NCBI GenBank assembly: GCA_963697205.1
Contig: CAVONB010000009.1
Coordinates: 25,833-89,832, forward strand
Origin: an uncultured Alphaproteobacteria bacterium
GTDB taxonomy: Bacteria; Pseudomonadota; Alphaproteobacteria; Rhizobiales; Hyphomicrobiaceae
Length of the DNA: 64,000 nt
Direction: 5' to 3'
Under the pieces are notes generated by a model, which was given only the letters and a program-made list of their open reading frames with translations, had not been told where the DNA came from and did no database searches. Shown here in pieces: positions 1-10,238 of this stretch (the stretch's first letter is position 1; every line of letters begins with the position of its first letter). A program made the translations under genes and the position numbers.

Positions 1-2
1 TG

Positions 3-293
3 ATGCCCGAGGTGGCGGGCTTTCGCGACCGGCGGGCCAACCAGCTGTCGGGCGGGCAGCAGAAGCTCGTCGCGCTGGCCCGGGCCTTGTTGTGCGGTAA
101 CCGCATGCTGCTGCTCGACGAGCCGTTCGAGGGGGTGGCGCCGGCGCTGGCACAGCGGCTTGCACAGATCATCCTTAAGCTCAAGTCGGAAGGCATGGCG
201 GTGCTGATCGCCAATTCCAACGAGCAGCACGTGCGCGACATGATCGAACGAACGTTCCTGATCGAGCGTGGTACGGTGACGGTCAGAGATTGA
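3..293 (+). CDS. ABC transporter ATP-binding protein, C-terminal part (LivF/branched-chain amino acid type); 5' end outside window
   Basis: ORF open to the window edge. ABC signature LSGGQQK and Walker B LLLDEP are present. Confidence 0.8.
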   Translation: MPEVAGFRDRRANQLSGGQQKLVALARALLCGNRMLLLDEPFEGVAPALAQRLAQIILKLKSEGMAVLIANSNEQHVRDMIERTFLIERGTVTVRD

Positions 294-363
294 GGCCCAT
301 GCGCGCATCGCGGGGTGCGCTAGCGATGGTCTGGATCGGGCAGGGCCCGGCAAGGAGGAAGCG

Positions 364-1350
364 ATGGCACGGTTCCGCAACTATGTTCCCAGCGGTGTCA
401 TTCCCGCGACGCTGCTCGCGTTCAACGAGGACATGTCGATTAACTACGGCGAGATGAAGCGCCATCTCGTCCACGTCGCGGCAACACCCGGGTTGTCGGC
501 GATCACAGTGAACGGGCATTCCTCGGAGATGCACGCGTGCTCGTTCGACGAGCAGCGCGAGATCCTGGCCAAGACGCTTGAGGCCATCGGCGACAAGCTG
601 CCGATTATTGCCGGCGTCTACGCGGACGGCAGCCGCGAGGCGGCGTCACTGGCCAGGATGGCGACGGCGGAAGGCGCATCGGCACTGCTGGTGTTCCCAT
701 CGAACGCCTTGATGATGGGTGGGGACCGGCGTCCCGAACTGGCGGAAGCACATTTCTGCGCGGTGGCCGATGCCAGCGACCTGCCGCTGATCTGCTTCAA
801 TTATGCGCGCTGGACCAACCTCGCCTATCCGCTGGAGACGATCGTTCGTCTTGCAGAGGCGATCCCAACGATTCGGGCGATCAAGGACTGGACGGCGGAG
901 CCGACGGAGCACGAGCGTAATGTGCGCACGCTGCAGGCACTGCCGCGCCCCATCAACGTTCTGACGACGAACAGTGCGTGGCTGATGGCGTCGCTCGCGA
1001 TGGGTTGCAACGGATTGCTGTCGGGCGCCGGCTCGATCATCCCGGACCTGCAGGTCGCCATGTTCCGGGCCATCAAGGCCGGCGATCTGGAAACCGCGCG
1101 CGCGATCAACGATCGCATGCAGCCGGTGACGCAAGCCTTCTACGCGCCGCCGTTCCTCGACATGCACAACCGGATGAAGGAGGCGGCGGTGATGCTCGGG
1201 CGCCAGGCGCGTGCCGTTGTGCGCCCACCACTCATGCGGCTGTCGGACGCGGAGCGTGAGCGGGTCGCCGCGGCCCTCAAGGCGGCGCGCATCGGGCATG
1301 ATGGGGCGGAAGGATTGGATCTTGCGCTCACGCCGGGGCTTGCGGCCTGA
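364..1350 (+). CDS. Dihydrodipicolinate synthase / N-acetylneuraminate lyase family (class I aldolase) protein
   Basis: 328-aa ORF with ATG at 364. N-terminal GVIPATLLAFNED...INY..M..H and overall DapA-like layout. Confidence 0.8.
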   Translation: MARFRNYVPSGVIPATLLAFNEDMSINYGEMKRHLVHVAATPGLSAITVNGHSSEMHACSFDEQREILAKTLEAIGDKLPIIAGVYADGSREAASLARMATAEGASALLVFPSNALMMGGDRRPELAEAHFCAVADASDLPLICFNYARWTNLAYPLETIVRLAEAIPTIRAIKDWTAEPTEHERNVRTLQALPRPINVLTTNSAWLMASLAMGCNGLLSGAGSIIPDLQVAMFRAIKAGDLETARAINDRMQPVTQAFYAPPFLDMHNRMKEAAVMLGRQARAVVRPPLMRLSDAERERVAAALKAARIGHDGAEGLDLALTPGLAA

Positions 1351-1381
1351 GGCGGCTTCTCACTCGGAAAGGTTCGCGCCG

Positions 1382-2509
1382 ATGCGCATGAAGGCTGCCG
1401 TTCTCTACGAGCAGGGCAAGCCGCGCCCCTATGCGCGCTCTCAACCGCTGGTGATCGAGGACGTCGATCTGGAAGGGCCACGCGCGAGCGAGGTACTGGT
1501 CGAGGTGAAAGGCGCGGGGCTCTGCCACTCCGACCTGTCGACCATCGACAACTCGAGACCGCGCGCGTTGCCGGCGATCCCTGGCCACGAGGGGGCTGGC
1601 GTCGTGCGCGAGGTCGGCTCCGGCGTTGCGGGATTCGTGCCCGGCGACCACGTGGTGTTCGTGTTCGCGCCGAGCTGCGGCGTGTGCCGGCAGTGCCGCG
1701 CGGGCAAGCCCAACGTGTGTTCGGGCTTCCAGGCATCGCGCGCAAAGGGCGAACTCTACACCGGCGGCACGCGGCTGTCGGTCAAGGGCAAGCCGATCGG
1801 TCACTACAGCGGCATCTCTTGTTTCGCGGAGTATGCGGTGGTGGTGCCCCAATCCATCGTGAAGATCGACAAGGCCGTCTCGTTGGCGGATGCCGCGCTC
1901 GTCGGCTGCGCGGTGCAGACCGGGGTCGGCGCCGTCGTCAACACGGCGGGCGTCAAACCGGGCGAGAGCGTCGCCGTGATCGGGCTCGGCGGCGTCGGGC
2001 TATCGTGCCTGCTGGGATGCACGCTCGCAGGCGCTGAACGCATCATCGCCGTCGACCTGTCAGATGAGAAGCTCGCGCTCGCGCGGCAGCTCGGCGCAAC
2101 CCATACGGTGTCGGCCAGGGATCCCGATGCGGTCAAGCAGATCGCCGACCTGACAGACGGCGGCGTCGACTGGGCGTTCGAGATGGCGGGCGCCATCGCG
2201 TCGCTGGAACTCGCCTCCGCGGTCACGGCACGCGGCGGCGGCACGGTCACGGCCGGCCTGCCGGCGGCGGATAAGGCGCTCAGCCTCAACGCCTACAACT
2301 TCGTGCAAAACGAAAAGCGGCTGCTCGCCTCCTACATGGGAAGCTGCCACGCAGATCGCGATATTCCGCGGTTCGTATCGCTCTACCGTGCCGGCAAGCT
2401 GCCGATCGACCGGCTTCTCAGCGCGCGCATCCCGCTCGACGACATCAATGCCGGTTTCGACCGGCTCGCCAATGTCGCGACCGTGCGGCAGGTGGTGGTG
2501 TTCGATTGA
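1382..2509 (+). CDS. Zinc-dependent alcohol dehydrogenase family oxidoreductase
   Basis: Start moved to ATG 1382 (MRMKAAVLYEQGKP). GLCHSD and GHEGAG zinc-ligand motifs and a GLGGVG Rossmann motif. Confidence 0.85.
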   Translation: MRMKAAVLYEQGKPRPYARSQPLVIEDVDLEGPRASEVLVEVKGAGLCHSDLSTIDNSRPRALPAIPGHEGAGVVREVGSGVAGFVPGDHVVFVFAPSCGVCRQCRAGKPNVCSGFQASRAKGELYTGGTRLSVKGKPIGHYSGISCFAEYAVVVPQSIVKIDKAVSLADAALVGCAVQTGVGAVVNTAGVKPGESVAVIGLGGVGLSCLLGCTLAGAERIIAVDLSDEKLALARQLGATHTVSARDPDAVKQIADLTDGGVDWAFEMAGAIASLELASAVTARGGGTVTAGLPAADKALSLNAYNFVQNEKRLLASYMGSCHADRDIPRFVSLYRAGKLPIDRLLSARIPLDDINAGFDRLANVATVRQVVVFD

Positions 2510-2524
2510 CCGGCGAGGCGCGCC

Positions 2525-2887
2525 TCACCCGTCGCCCAAGCGCTCGGGCGGCGGTCCGATCTCGGTGACGAGATCGCGCACCAGCGGTTTGGTGGCCAGC
2601 GGCGAGACGCGCATCTCGCGCGGCTCGAGGCGGGCGAGGCAGGCGTACACGACCGCGCCGTCGACGCGCATCATGCATTCCTTACAGGCGTTCGCGCTCA
2701 GGCACGAGTAGCGGAATGCGAGGGTTGGATCGCGGTGGACACGGATCCAACGGAGACCGTCGAGCACGGACTGGCCCGGCTCGAAGGGGACGTCGAAGGC
2801 GTCGGTGCGCGGCGCGCCCGATGCCGTGCCGCGCTCGATCAGAAGACGTGCCAATTCACTCACCCGCTCAACTGCCTTCTCACTCAT
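2525..2887 (-). CDS. Small 2Fe-2S subunit resembling the N-terminal domain of SdhB/FrdB
   Basis: ATG at 2887 overlaps the upstream stop (ATGA). Cys pattern C-x5-C-x2-C-x11-C in SCLSANACKECMMRVDGAVVYAC. No 4Fe-4S/3Fe-4S domain. Confidence 0.6.
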   Translation of the reverse strand: MSEKAVERVSELARLLIERGTASGAPRTDAFDVPFEPGQSVLDGLRWIRVHRDPTLAFRYSCLSANACKECMMRVDGAVVYACLARLEPREMRVSPLATKPLVRDLVTEIGPPPERLGDG

Positions 2888-4596
2888 GGCTTTGCCTCCA
2901 CCGGCACGCGCGTGGGCGTCGCGGCGATCACCGGCTGCCCGCCGTCTAGGGTCACGATCTGATTGCGGCACCAGGCGTCGAGCATGCCCGGATTATCCTC
3001 GCGCTGATGGGCGCCGCGGCTCTCGGTGCGTTTCAGCGCAGCCTCCGTGACGACCCGCGCGACGAGGAGCATGTTGCGTAGGTCGAACCAGTCGAGGCGG
3101 GCGGTATCGAAGGCGCCCGGTGTGCCCGGCGGCGCGACGCCGAGTCGGGTTGCCAGCAACTCGATGGCGGCGCGGGCGCGTTCCAGACCTGCCGCGGTGC
3201 GGAACGGGCCGACGTCGGCGAACATAAGCGTCTGCAATTCGTGGAGCATTGCGGCGGTGTTGAGCGCCGACGGGGACGGACCTGCCGCGCGGGCGAGCGC
3301 CAGGGCGGGTGCGGCGGTGCGGGCGTCGAACCCGCGGACGGCAGCGCGGGATGTCGCCTGTCGGGCGGCCGTGCGCCCGGCCTCGCGGCCGAACACGAGC
3401 GCCTCGGTGATGGCGTTGCCCGACAGGCGGTTGGCGCCGTTGGCACCTCCGACCGCCTCGCCGGCCGCCAGCAGGCCCGGAACGCCCGTCTCCATGGCGA
3501 CGTGCACGCGGATTCCGCCCATATGGTAGTGCGCGATGGGTGCCACCTCGACGGGCATCTTCGTCAGGTCGATGCCGTTGGCGGCAAGCTTGGCGATGAC
3601 GGGGCCGAAGGCCGCCTTCAGCTCCGCTGCGCTCAGGTGCATAAAGCTCAGGTAGGCGCCGCCATGCGGCGTGCCGCGTCCGGCCGCGACCTCCTTGGTG
3701 ATGGCGTACGTGGCGTTGTCGCGCGTGATGACGTAGCGGCCGTCCTCGGCCGTGCCGTAGCGGTGCGTGAACTCCTCCATCTTGCCGTTCAACAGTCGGC
3801 CGCCAAGCTTGTAGCGGAATGGGTCCCACATGATCGGATCAAGGCCGATCAGGCGCGGGGCGAGATGGCCGATCGGGAAGAATTGCACGAACTCCATGTC
3901 GATCAGGCTGGCGCCGGCACGCAGTGCGAGCGCGTAGCCATCACCGCCCATGTTGGCGGAAGCACTGGTGCGGCTGTAGAGGCGTGTCAGGCCGCCTGTG
4001 GCGATGATGGTGACGGGGGCGGCGATGGTCACCGCGCGGCCCGTCGCCATGTCGATACCGACGGCGCCTGATACCGTGCCTTCCGCAACGACGAGATCGA
4101 CGACCAGCAGGTCACCGATACGGCGCACAATGTCGTGCTTGTGCAACTCTGTGCGCAGCGTTTTGGAAACCGCCGGGCCGGTGTTGAGGAAGTCGACGTA
4201 AACGCAGCGCGGTCGATCATGCCCCGGTGCGAATGCGGCGCGGATCTTTTCGCCGTCGCGCGCCCAGCCAACACCCCAGCGGTCCATTTCGCGGATGACC
4301 TCGGGTCCTTCTTCGCAGAGCAGGCGCGAGAGCGTCTCGTCGCAAAGGCCGCGCCCGGCCGCGAGCGTGTCGGCGAGATGGAACGCGGGATCGTCAGGTC
4401 CGTCGGACCCGAGGGCGACGGCAACAGTCATCATGGCCATGACGGTGCCGCCGCCGCGACCGATCAGGGCACGGTCGGCGAGGATCACGCGGCACCCGCC
4501 GCGAGCGGCCTCTATAGCGGCGTACATGCCGGCGCCGCCCGCGCCGATGACCAGAACGTCCGTTTCGAGGTGCACCGTTTCGAGATCGTTCGGCAA
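2884..4596 (-). CDS. FAD-binding flavoprotein of the succinate dehydrogenase/fumarate reductase/L-aspartate oxidase family
   Basis: 570 aa. DVLVIGAGGAGMYAA dinucleotide fold, HYHMGG and RxxESRGAH active-site-type motifs. TTG start preceded by AGGAG. Confidence 0.85.
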   Translation of the reverse strand: MPNDLETVHLETDVLVIGAGGAGMYAAIEAARGGCRVILADRALIGRGGGTVMAMMTVAVALGSDGPDDPAFHLADTLAAGRGLCDETLSRLLCEEGPEVIREMDRWGVGWARDGEKIRAAFAPGHDRPRCVYVDFLNTGPAVSKTLRTELHKHDIVRRIGDLLVVDLVVAEGTVSGAVGIDMATGRAVTIAAPVTIIATGGLTRLYSRTSASANMGGDGYALALRAGASLIDMEFVQFFPIGHLAPRLIGLDPIMWDPFRYKLGGRLLNGKMEEFTHRYGTAEDGRYVITRDNATYAITKEVAAGRGTPHGGAYLSFMHLSAAELKAAFGPVIAKLAANGIDLTKMPVEVAPIAHYHMGGIRVHVAMETGVPGLLAAGEAVGGANGANRLSGNAITEALVFGREAGRTAARQATSRAAVRGFDARTAAPALALARAAGPSPSALNTAAMLHELQTLMFADVGPFRTAAGLERARAAIELLATRLGVAPPGTPGAFDTARLDWFDLRNMLLVARVVTEAALKRTESRGAHQREDNPGMLDAWCRNQIVTLDGGQPVIAATPTRVPVEAKP

Positions 4597-4639
4597 TTGG
4601 GTGCTCCTGAGGCGCGCGACGGACGTCGGGCGGTTGGCG

Positions 4640-5449
4640 TCAAAAGGCGGCGAGATCCGCGTTGAGGCGATTGGTAATCAGCATCGAGCCCGGCCAGTGC
4701 GTGATGCAGAGCGGTGGCCTGGAGTTGAGAACGACGGATTGCGGGGTCACGCCGCAGGCCCAGAACACCGGTATCAACGTGTCGTCGACCACAGGCGGGG
4801 GATCGCCGTAGTCTGGCTTCATGAGATCGGCGATGCCGATTGCGGCCGGCAGGCCGAGGTGGACGGGGGCGCCATGCACATTGGGGAACCGTGAGGTGAT
4901 CTGGATCGCCTCGATCGCGTCGGCCGGCGTCATCATACGCAAGGACACCACCATCTTGCCCGAGAAGGGGCCGGCCGGGACGCAATCGATGTTGGTGCGG
5001 TACATCGGCACGACCGTATCCTCGCAAATGTGATGGATCGGGATGCCGGCGGCCAGCAGCGCTTCCTCGAAAGAGAAGGAGCAGCCGATGATGAATGCGA
5101 CAAGATCGTCGCGCCAAAGGTCACTGATATCGGTGGGCTCGTCGACGCAGCGTCCGTCACGGAAGACGCGGTAGCGCGGAACGTCGGTGCGGATGTCGAT
5201 GTCGCCGAGATCCGGCAGCGTGGGATCGCCGACCGCGCTTATGCCGATGACGGGGCAGGGCTTGGGGTTGCGCTGGCAGAAGGCTGCGAAGTCGATCGCC
5301 CAGTCACGGGGCAGGATGCACACGTTGCCCTGCACGCAACCCGGTGCTTGGCCGGCGGTGTGACCGCGGTGATGCCCCTCACGACAGGCCAAACGCGCTG
5401 CGACCGCCGCCTCGACCGGCCCCTTGCCCCTGCGATCGAATCCTGACAT
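4640..5449 (-). CDS. DUF1445 / UPF0317 family putative hydro-lyase (D-glutamate cyclase-like)
   Basis: 269 aa with ATG at 5449. Family-typical blocks [36 protein letters not shown] and FWACGVTPQ. Confidence 0.75.
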   Translation of the reverse strand: MSGFDRRGKGPVEAAVAARLACREGHHRGHTAGQAPGCVQGNVCILPRDWAIDFAAFCQRNPKPCPVIGISAVGDPTLPDLGDIDIRTDVPRYRVFRDGRCVDEPTDISDLWRDDLVAFIIGCSFSFEEALLAAGIPIHHICEDTVVPMYRTNIDCVPAGPFSGKMVVSLRMMTPADAIEAIQITSRFPNVHGAPVHLGLPAAIGIADLMKPDYGDPPPVVDDTLIPVFWACGVTPQSVVLNSRPPLCITHWPGSMLITNRLNADLAAF

Positions 5450-5845
5450 CGGCGAGGGTTCCTGTCCGACAATCTGGCGTCGACGGCACGGACGCCGTGC
5501 CGCCTGCGGGATGACCCGGATGGCCTTGCGTGCCCGCGGCCGCCCGCGTCCGCCTATTCAACGCGCCGCAGAGGCGCTTGTCATCATCGATGTCGCGATC
5601 GATGTCGCTCTGCCAGTAGGCAAGCGGCGTGGTGATCGGCCACGAGCCGCAACGACCGCCAGCGCAGTCACGCAGCACACGGCAACGTTGTCGAGCAATC
5701 CCGGTGCCAGTCGGATCGCGGCGCCCCATAAGCCGCGCACGTGAGACGCGCAGGTGAGACGCCTATCGAGGCTGTCGAACCCACGGCGTGACTTTGCCGT
5801 TCGACTCCCGGCAGCATGCCGCGCTGCGGGATGTACAGCGACCCC

Positions 5846-6940
5846 TTACGGCTCGATACCGAGCAGCCTAGCCGCGGTGCCGCCGAGCATCGCGATCTTG
5901 TCGGTGTCGCTGATGCCTGGGATCGACAGAATGTGCGCCACAGGCTCGGTATTCCATGGGAACGGGTAGTCGGTGCCCAGGACCACGTGCTCGGCCCCGA
6001 CCTCGGCAATGAGGTGACGCATACCCTCGCTGGTGAACATGATCGAGTCGAAGTAGAGCTGGCCGTTGCGCAGGTAGTCGGTCGGCATCTTTTTGGGTAG
6101 CGTCCCGACCCTGTTTGGGAACACTCTGCACACAGCGTCCGAGCGGTTGGCATAGGACGGCAGGAAGCCGCCGCCGTGCGCGGCGCATATCTTGAGCCCC
6201 GGAAAGCGGTCGAGCGTTCCCTCGAAAATCAGGTGCGACAGCGCGATGGTGGTTTCGAGCGGATTGCCGATCGTATTGGTCAACAGGCCGCTGCCGCCAA
6301 GCCGGCCGCTCGCCTCCAGCTCACGGACGCCGAGCGGGTGCAGGAACACCAGCACGCCCAATTCCTCGCACTTCGCCCAGAAAGGGTTGAACCTCGGGCT
6401 TGCCAATTCCTCGCCGGCCACGCTGCCGGCGACGCCGACACCGCGGAATCCGAGTTTCTTCACCGCGTGCTCGATCTGCTGCGCCGCAAGGTCGGGATAC
6501 TGCAGAGCCGCCGTCGCGAAGCCGACGAAGCGGTCGGGATGACTGGCACAGAACCCGGCCAGCGTCTCGTTCTGCACCTTGATCAGCTTCTCGGCGACGT
6601 CGCGCTCGGCGCGATACCAGTAAGGATTGATGCTCAACGCCTCGACATCGACGCCCGACTTGTCCATGTGCGCGAGACGGTCGCCGACATCCGACCAAAG
6701 CAGCTCAGGTGCTTCCAGCGGGTGATTGACCAGCTTCGCAGCGTCGGGGACGATGCAATGCGCGTGAACGTCGACGGTCTTGACCCGCTTGCCTGCGATC
6801 ACGACCTCCCAGCGCCCCTGGGAATGGGCGTGGGCATGGGAACCGCCGCCCGATCTTGCGTCGGCTGCAGCGGAAAACTCGCAATCGACAAACGCAATGC
6901 CAAGCGTTTCATTGCTGGCGGTATCAGTACCGGTCGACAT
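5846..6940 (-). CDS. Amidohydrolase-2 family protein (ACMSD-like decarboxylase/hydrolase)
   Basis: Start set to ATG 6940, preceded by GGAGGAAG. VDVHAHCIVP metal motif, ICAAHGGG, GTDYPFPW. Confidence 0.8.
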   Translation of the reverse strand: MSTGTDTASNETLGIAFVDCEFSAAADARSGGGSHAHAHSQGRWEVVIAGKRVKTVDVHAHCIVPDAAKLVNHPLEAPELLWSDVGDRLAHMDKSGVDVEALSINPYWYRAERDVAEKLIKVQNETLAGFCASHPDRFVGFATAALQYPDLAAQQIEHAVKKLGFRGVGVAGSVAGEELASPRFNPFWAKCEELGVLVFLHPLGVRELEASGRLGGSGLLTNTIGNPLETTIALSHLIFEGTLDRFPGLKICAAHGGGFLPSYANRSDAVCRVFPNRVGTLPKKMPTDYLRNGQLYFDSIMFTSEGMRHLIAEVGAEHVVLGTDYPFPWNTEPVAHILSIPGISDTDKIAMLGGTAARLLGIEP

Positions 6941-7299
6941 CTTCGCTTCCTCCCGTCTGGTCGATCTTGCTTTCGGCGTCAGCCTACACCGAACCGACGT
7001 CGGTGTACGCCTCACGCACCTATGAGACAAACAAGAACCAGACCCTCTTGTCGACCTGATCCAGAGGTCACCGAGGCAGCCAACCACGGCTTTTGCCCTT
7101 CAAAGCACGGGCGGCAACAGTCCATTCGGGGCGGTCCACGTCTCCGGCTCGATTGTTGCGGCTTGCCAAGCACCGGGGTTGCGCCGTCAAGGCGATCGGG
7201 CCGACGTGATCTAACGCGGCTTCGGCCAGACTACCGAAAATGAGGTGGTCCGGTCGCGCCTTGGATGGGATGGCCCAACAGAAGGCGTCGACGGATGCG

Positions 7300-8308
7300 T
7301 CAGGTGCCGAGGTGGCACGCTGACAGATGTCCCGGTGCAATCGCCCCAAGGACCGGCTTCTCGATGCTGCAGCGGTCGAAAGCGTGCAGACAGCGCGGGT
7401 GAAAGTGGCAGCCTGGCGGTGGCGCAAGGGGCGAGGGGATTTCACCCCGCACGGGGTGGAAGGTGCGCTTCGAGGCCGTGACGCGTGGCATCTCGTCGAG
7501 CAACGCCTGCGTGTAGGGATGGCGAGGTGCTGGCGAACACCTGCTCGTTGGGCGCAGTCTCCACAATGCGGCCGAGATACATGATGGCGACGCGGTCGCA
7601 GATGTGGCGCACGACACCCAGGTCGTGGCTGATGAAGAGGTAGGTCAGATCGAAGTCTTGGCGCAGGTCCATGAACAGGTTGATGACCTGAGCCTGGATC
7701 GACACGTCGAGCGCCGCGATCGCCTCGTCGCAGACGAGGACGCGCGGCTTGACGGCCAATGCGCGCGCGATGCCGATGCGCGCGCGTTGGCCGCCCGAGA
7801 ACTGATGAGGATAGCGCCGCATCATGGTGGGGTCGAGGCCGACGCGTCCGAGCAGGTCGGCGACATAGTCGGCGCGCTCGCTGGCGGCCACGATGCCGTG
7901 CACCACGGCCGCCTCGCCGACGATGCTCTCGACACGCTGGCGCGGGTTGAGCGAGGCCGACGGGTCCTGGAAGATCATCTGGACGGCGAGGCGGGCCCTC
8001 TTGCCCGCATCGGCGTCAAGCGTGGCACGGTCGAGGCCCTCGAACAGGACGGCGCCCTCGGTCGGCGTCATCAGGCCCGCGAGCATGCGGCCGAGCGTCG
8101 ATTTTCCGCAGCCCGATTCGCCGACGAGGCCGACGACCTCGCCCTTCCCAATGGCCAGCGAGACGCTGTCGACTGCGTGTACGGTTTCCTCGCGCTGGCC
8201 GGATCCAAGTGCGGCAGCGATGCGGCCGGCAATGTCGAGCGATTTCACGAAGCGCTTGGTAAGATCGCGCGCTTCCAGCACCGGTGTCGTGATCGGTAAC
8301 GCGCTCAT
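7300..8308 (-). pseudogene. Dipeptide/oligopeptide ABC transporter ATP-binding protein (DppF/OppF-like), reading frame broken once (pseudogene or sequence error)
   Basis: ORF 7442-8680 carries Walker A GESGCGKST, LSGGQ and Walker B. The C-terminal oligopeptide-ATPase domain (PRHPYTQALL...GCHFHPRC) lies in another frame (ORF 7300-7617). The frame switch is near 7521-7537. Length 1009 nt is not divisible by 3. Confidence 0.8.
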
Positions 8309-9312
8309 GGCATCGCCTCCATCAGCGGGCGACAGCAGCGGACCTCGCGGTTCGGTGCGATGGGTCGGGTGGGCTGCGCGGTCTCGCAACCCTCGCCGCG
8401 GTGCGCGCAGCGTGGCCGGAAGGGACAACCGGCCGGCAGATCGAGCAAGGAGGGCGCGCTGCCTGGGATCTGGGTCAGTCGCGCGCCGCGCGCATTGGCG
8501 CTCGGCACGGAGCCGAGCAGTCCGGCCGTGTAGGGATGGGCAGGGTTTGTGACCACGTCGGCGGTCGGTCCTGTTTCGACGATGCGGCCGGCGTACATGA
8601 CGGCGATCCGGTCGGCGAGCGCGGAGACGATGGCGAGATCGTGTGTGATCCAGATCATCGCCGTGCCGGTTTTTCGGCACATCTCCTGCGCGAGGTGCAG
8701 GATCTGGCCCTGGATGGTGACGTCGAGCGCGGTGGTCGGCTCGTCGGCGATGACAAGATCGGGCCGGTTGATGAAGGCAATTGCGATCGCGAGGCGCTGG
8801 CGCATACCGCCCGACAGCTCGTGGGGATAGGCGGCCAGACGGCGCTCGGGGCTCGGGATGCCGACCTCGGCGAGCGCCGCGACGGCCAGCCGGCGGGCCT
8901 CCTCGCGCGAGACCTTGCGGTGGGCGCTGATCGCCTCGATGATCTGTGTGTCGACGCGCAGGACCGGGTTGAGCGTCATCATCGGATCCTGGAAGATCAT
9001 CGCGATGCGATTGCCGCGCAGATCGCGCAGGCGCTGTGGCACAGCCGTGGTCAGGGCCTCGCCCTTGAAGCGGATCGCCCCCGACACGATGCGGCCCGGC
9101 GGATCGATCAGGCCGAGGATCGAGAAGCCGGTGATCGATTTGCCCGAGCCCGATTCGCCGACGAGGCCCAGCACCTCGCCGGCATCCACGTGGAAGGTCA
9201 CGCCGTCGACGGCCTTGACCACGCCGGCCCTGGTGAAGAAGTGCGTTGCCAGTTCGTCGACCGCGAGCGTGGCTTCTGGCGTCGGGCCCGACGTCGAGAT
9301 GGCCCCAGTCAT
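8305..9312 (-). CDS. Dipeptide/oligopeptide ABC transporter ATP-binding protein (DppD/OppD-like)
   Basis: ATG 9312 overlaps the upstream stop (ATGA). GESGSGKS, LSGGMRQR, HPYTAGLL and GCPFRPRC C-terminal motifs. Confidence 0.9.
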   Translation of the reverse strand: MTGAISTSGPTPEATLAVDELATHFFTRAGVVKAVDGVTFHVDAGEVLGLVGESGSGKSITGFSILGLIDPPGRIVSGAIRFKGEALTTAVPQRLRDLRGNRIAMIFQDPMMTLNPVLRVDTQIIEAISAHRKVSREEARRLAVAALAEVGIPSPERRLAAYPHELSGGMRQRLAIAIAFINRPDLVIADEPTTALDVTIQGQILHLAQEMCRKTGTAMIWITHDLAIVSALADRIAVMYAGRIVETGPTADVVTNPAHPYTAGLLGSVPSANARGARLTQIPGSAPSLLDLPAGCPFRPRCAHRGEGCETAQPTRPIAPNREVRCCRPLMEAMP

Positions 9313-10238
9313 CGCGAAAGCCTCGGGTTGAGCGCGTCGCGAAGGCGGTCGCCGACGAGGTTGATCGACATGATTGTGATCAGCAGCGCGAGGCCCGGGA
9401 AGAAGCTGATCCAGTACTTGCCCGACAGCATGTACTCGAAGCCGTTGGAGATGAGCAGGCCCAGCGAGGGCTCGGTCGGCGGCAGGCCGACGCCGAGGAA
9501 CGACAGCGTAGCTTCGAGCGCGATGGCGTGCGCGGTCTGCACGGCGCCGACGACGATCAGCGGCGCGAGGCAGTTGGGAAGGATGTGGCGCAACAGGATG
9601 CGCGTGTGCGACAGGCCGAGACAGCGGGCGGCCTCGACATAGTCCTTGCCCCGCTCGACGAGCGCGCTCGCGCGCACGGTGCGGGCGAAGTAGGCCCACT
9701 GTACGGTCACGAGGGCGATGATGATCTTATCGACGCCTTTGCCCAGGATTGCGATCAGCATCAGTGCGATCAGGATCGCGGGAAACGAGAGCTGCATGTC
9801 GATCAGGCGCATGATCGCCGCCTCGATGCGCCCGCCGGCGTAGGCGGCGATCAGGCCGACCACGGCGCCGAGCACCATGGCGATGAGACCCGACAGCACG
9901 CCGACGGCAAGCGAGATCCGCAGGCCGTAGAGCATGGCGGAGACGAGGTCGCGCCCGGCTCCGTCCGAGCCGAGCCAGAAAGTCATGCCCGTCATGCTCT
10001 TGCTGCCGGGCGGTTGGCGGCTGTCCATGACGTCGACGGTGGCGAGGTCATAGGGGTTCTGCGGCGCGATCCAGGGCGCAAGGACGGCAAGCACGACGAT
10101 GATCGCCAGAAGGCAGAGCGCGACGGCTGCAATACGGCTTTCGAGAAAGGCTGACAGAAATCTGCGAAAGGGTCGCTCGGCTTCGACCGCGCCCGCGCCC
10201 CCGCTGCGATCCGACGGCGTGCCGGCGTCGATGCTCAT
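9309..10238 (-). CDS. Dipeptide/oligopeptide ABC transporter permease (DppC/OppC-like)
   Basis: ATG 10238 overlaps the upstream stop. Multi-TM protein with a binding-protein-dependent transport signature (EAARCLGLSHTRILLRHILPN). Confidence 0.9.
   Translation of the reverse strand: MSIDAGTPSDRSGGAGAVEAERPFRRFLSAFLESRIAAVALCLLAIIVVLAVLAPWIAPQNPYDLATVDVMDSRQPPGSKSMTGMTFWLGSDGAGRDLVSAMLYGLRISLAVGVLSGLIAMVLGAVVGLIAAYAGGRIEAAIMRLIDMQLSFPAILIALMLIAILGKGVDKIIIALVTVQWAYFARTVRASALVERGKDYVEAARCLGLSHTRILLRHILPNCLAPLIVVGAVQTAHAIALEATLSFLGVGLPPTEPSLGLLISNGFEYMLSGKYWISFFPGLALLITIMSINLVGDRLRDALNPRLSR

Noticed and set aside
646-1299. Long antisense or alternative-frame ORFs throughout the window. Examples: 646-1299(-), 1140-1745(-), 8401-9642(+), 9246-10154(+), 24972-26096(-), 26097-27050(-), 61467-62522(-).
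   Set aside because: Their translations are Arg/Ala/Pro/Gly-rich and low-complexity, and they overlap well-supported genes on the other strand or frame. This is the expected artefact of scarce stop codons in >65% GC DNA.
1211-1381. N-terminal extension of the alcohol dehydrogenase ORF, overlapping the DHDPS-like gene.
   Set aside because: The ADH family N-terminus (MKAAVL...) begins at ATG 1382/1388. The extension overlaps the preceding gene in another frame.
5450-5845. Short ORFs in the 5450-5845 and 7088-7299 intergenic regions.
   Set aside because: They have no RBS, no recognisable motifs and composition-driven translations. These regions are probably promoter or leader sequence for the flanking divergent or convergent genes.
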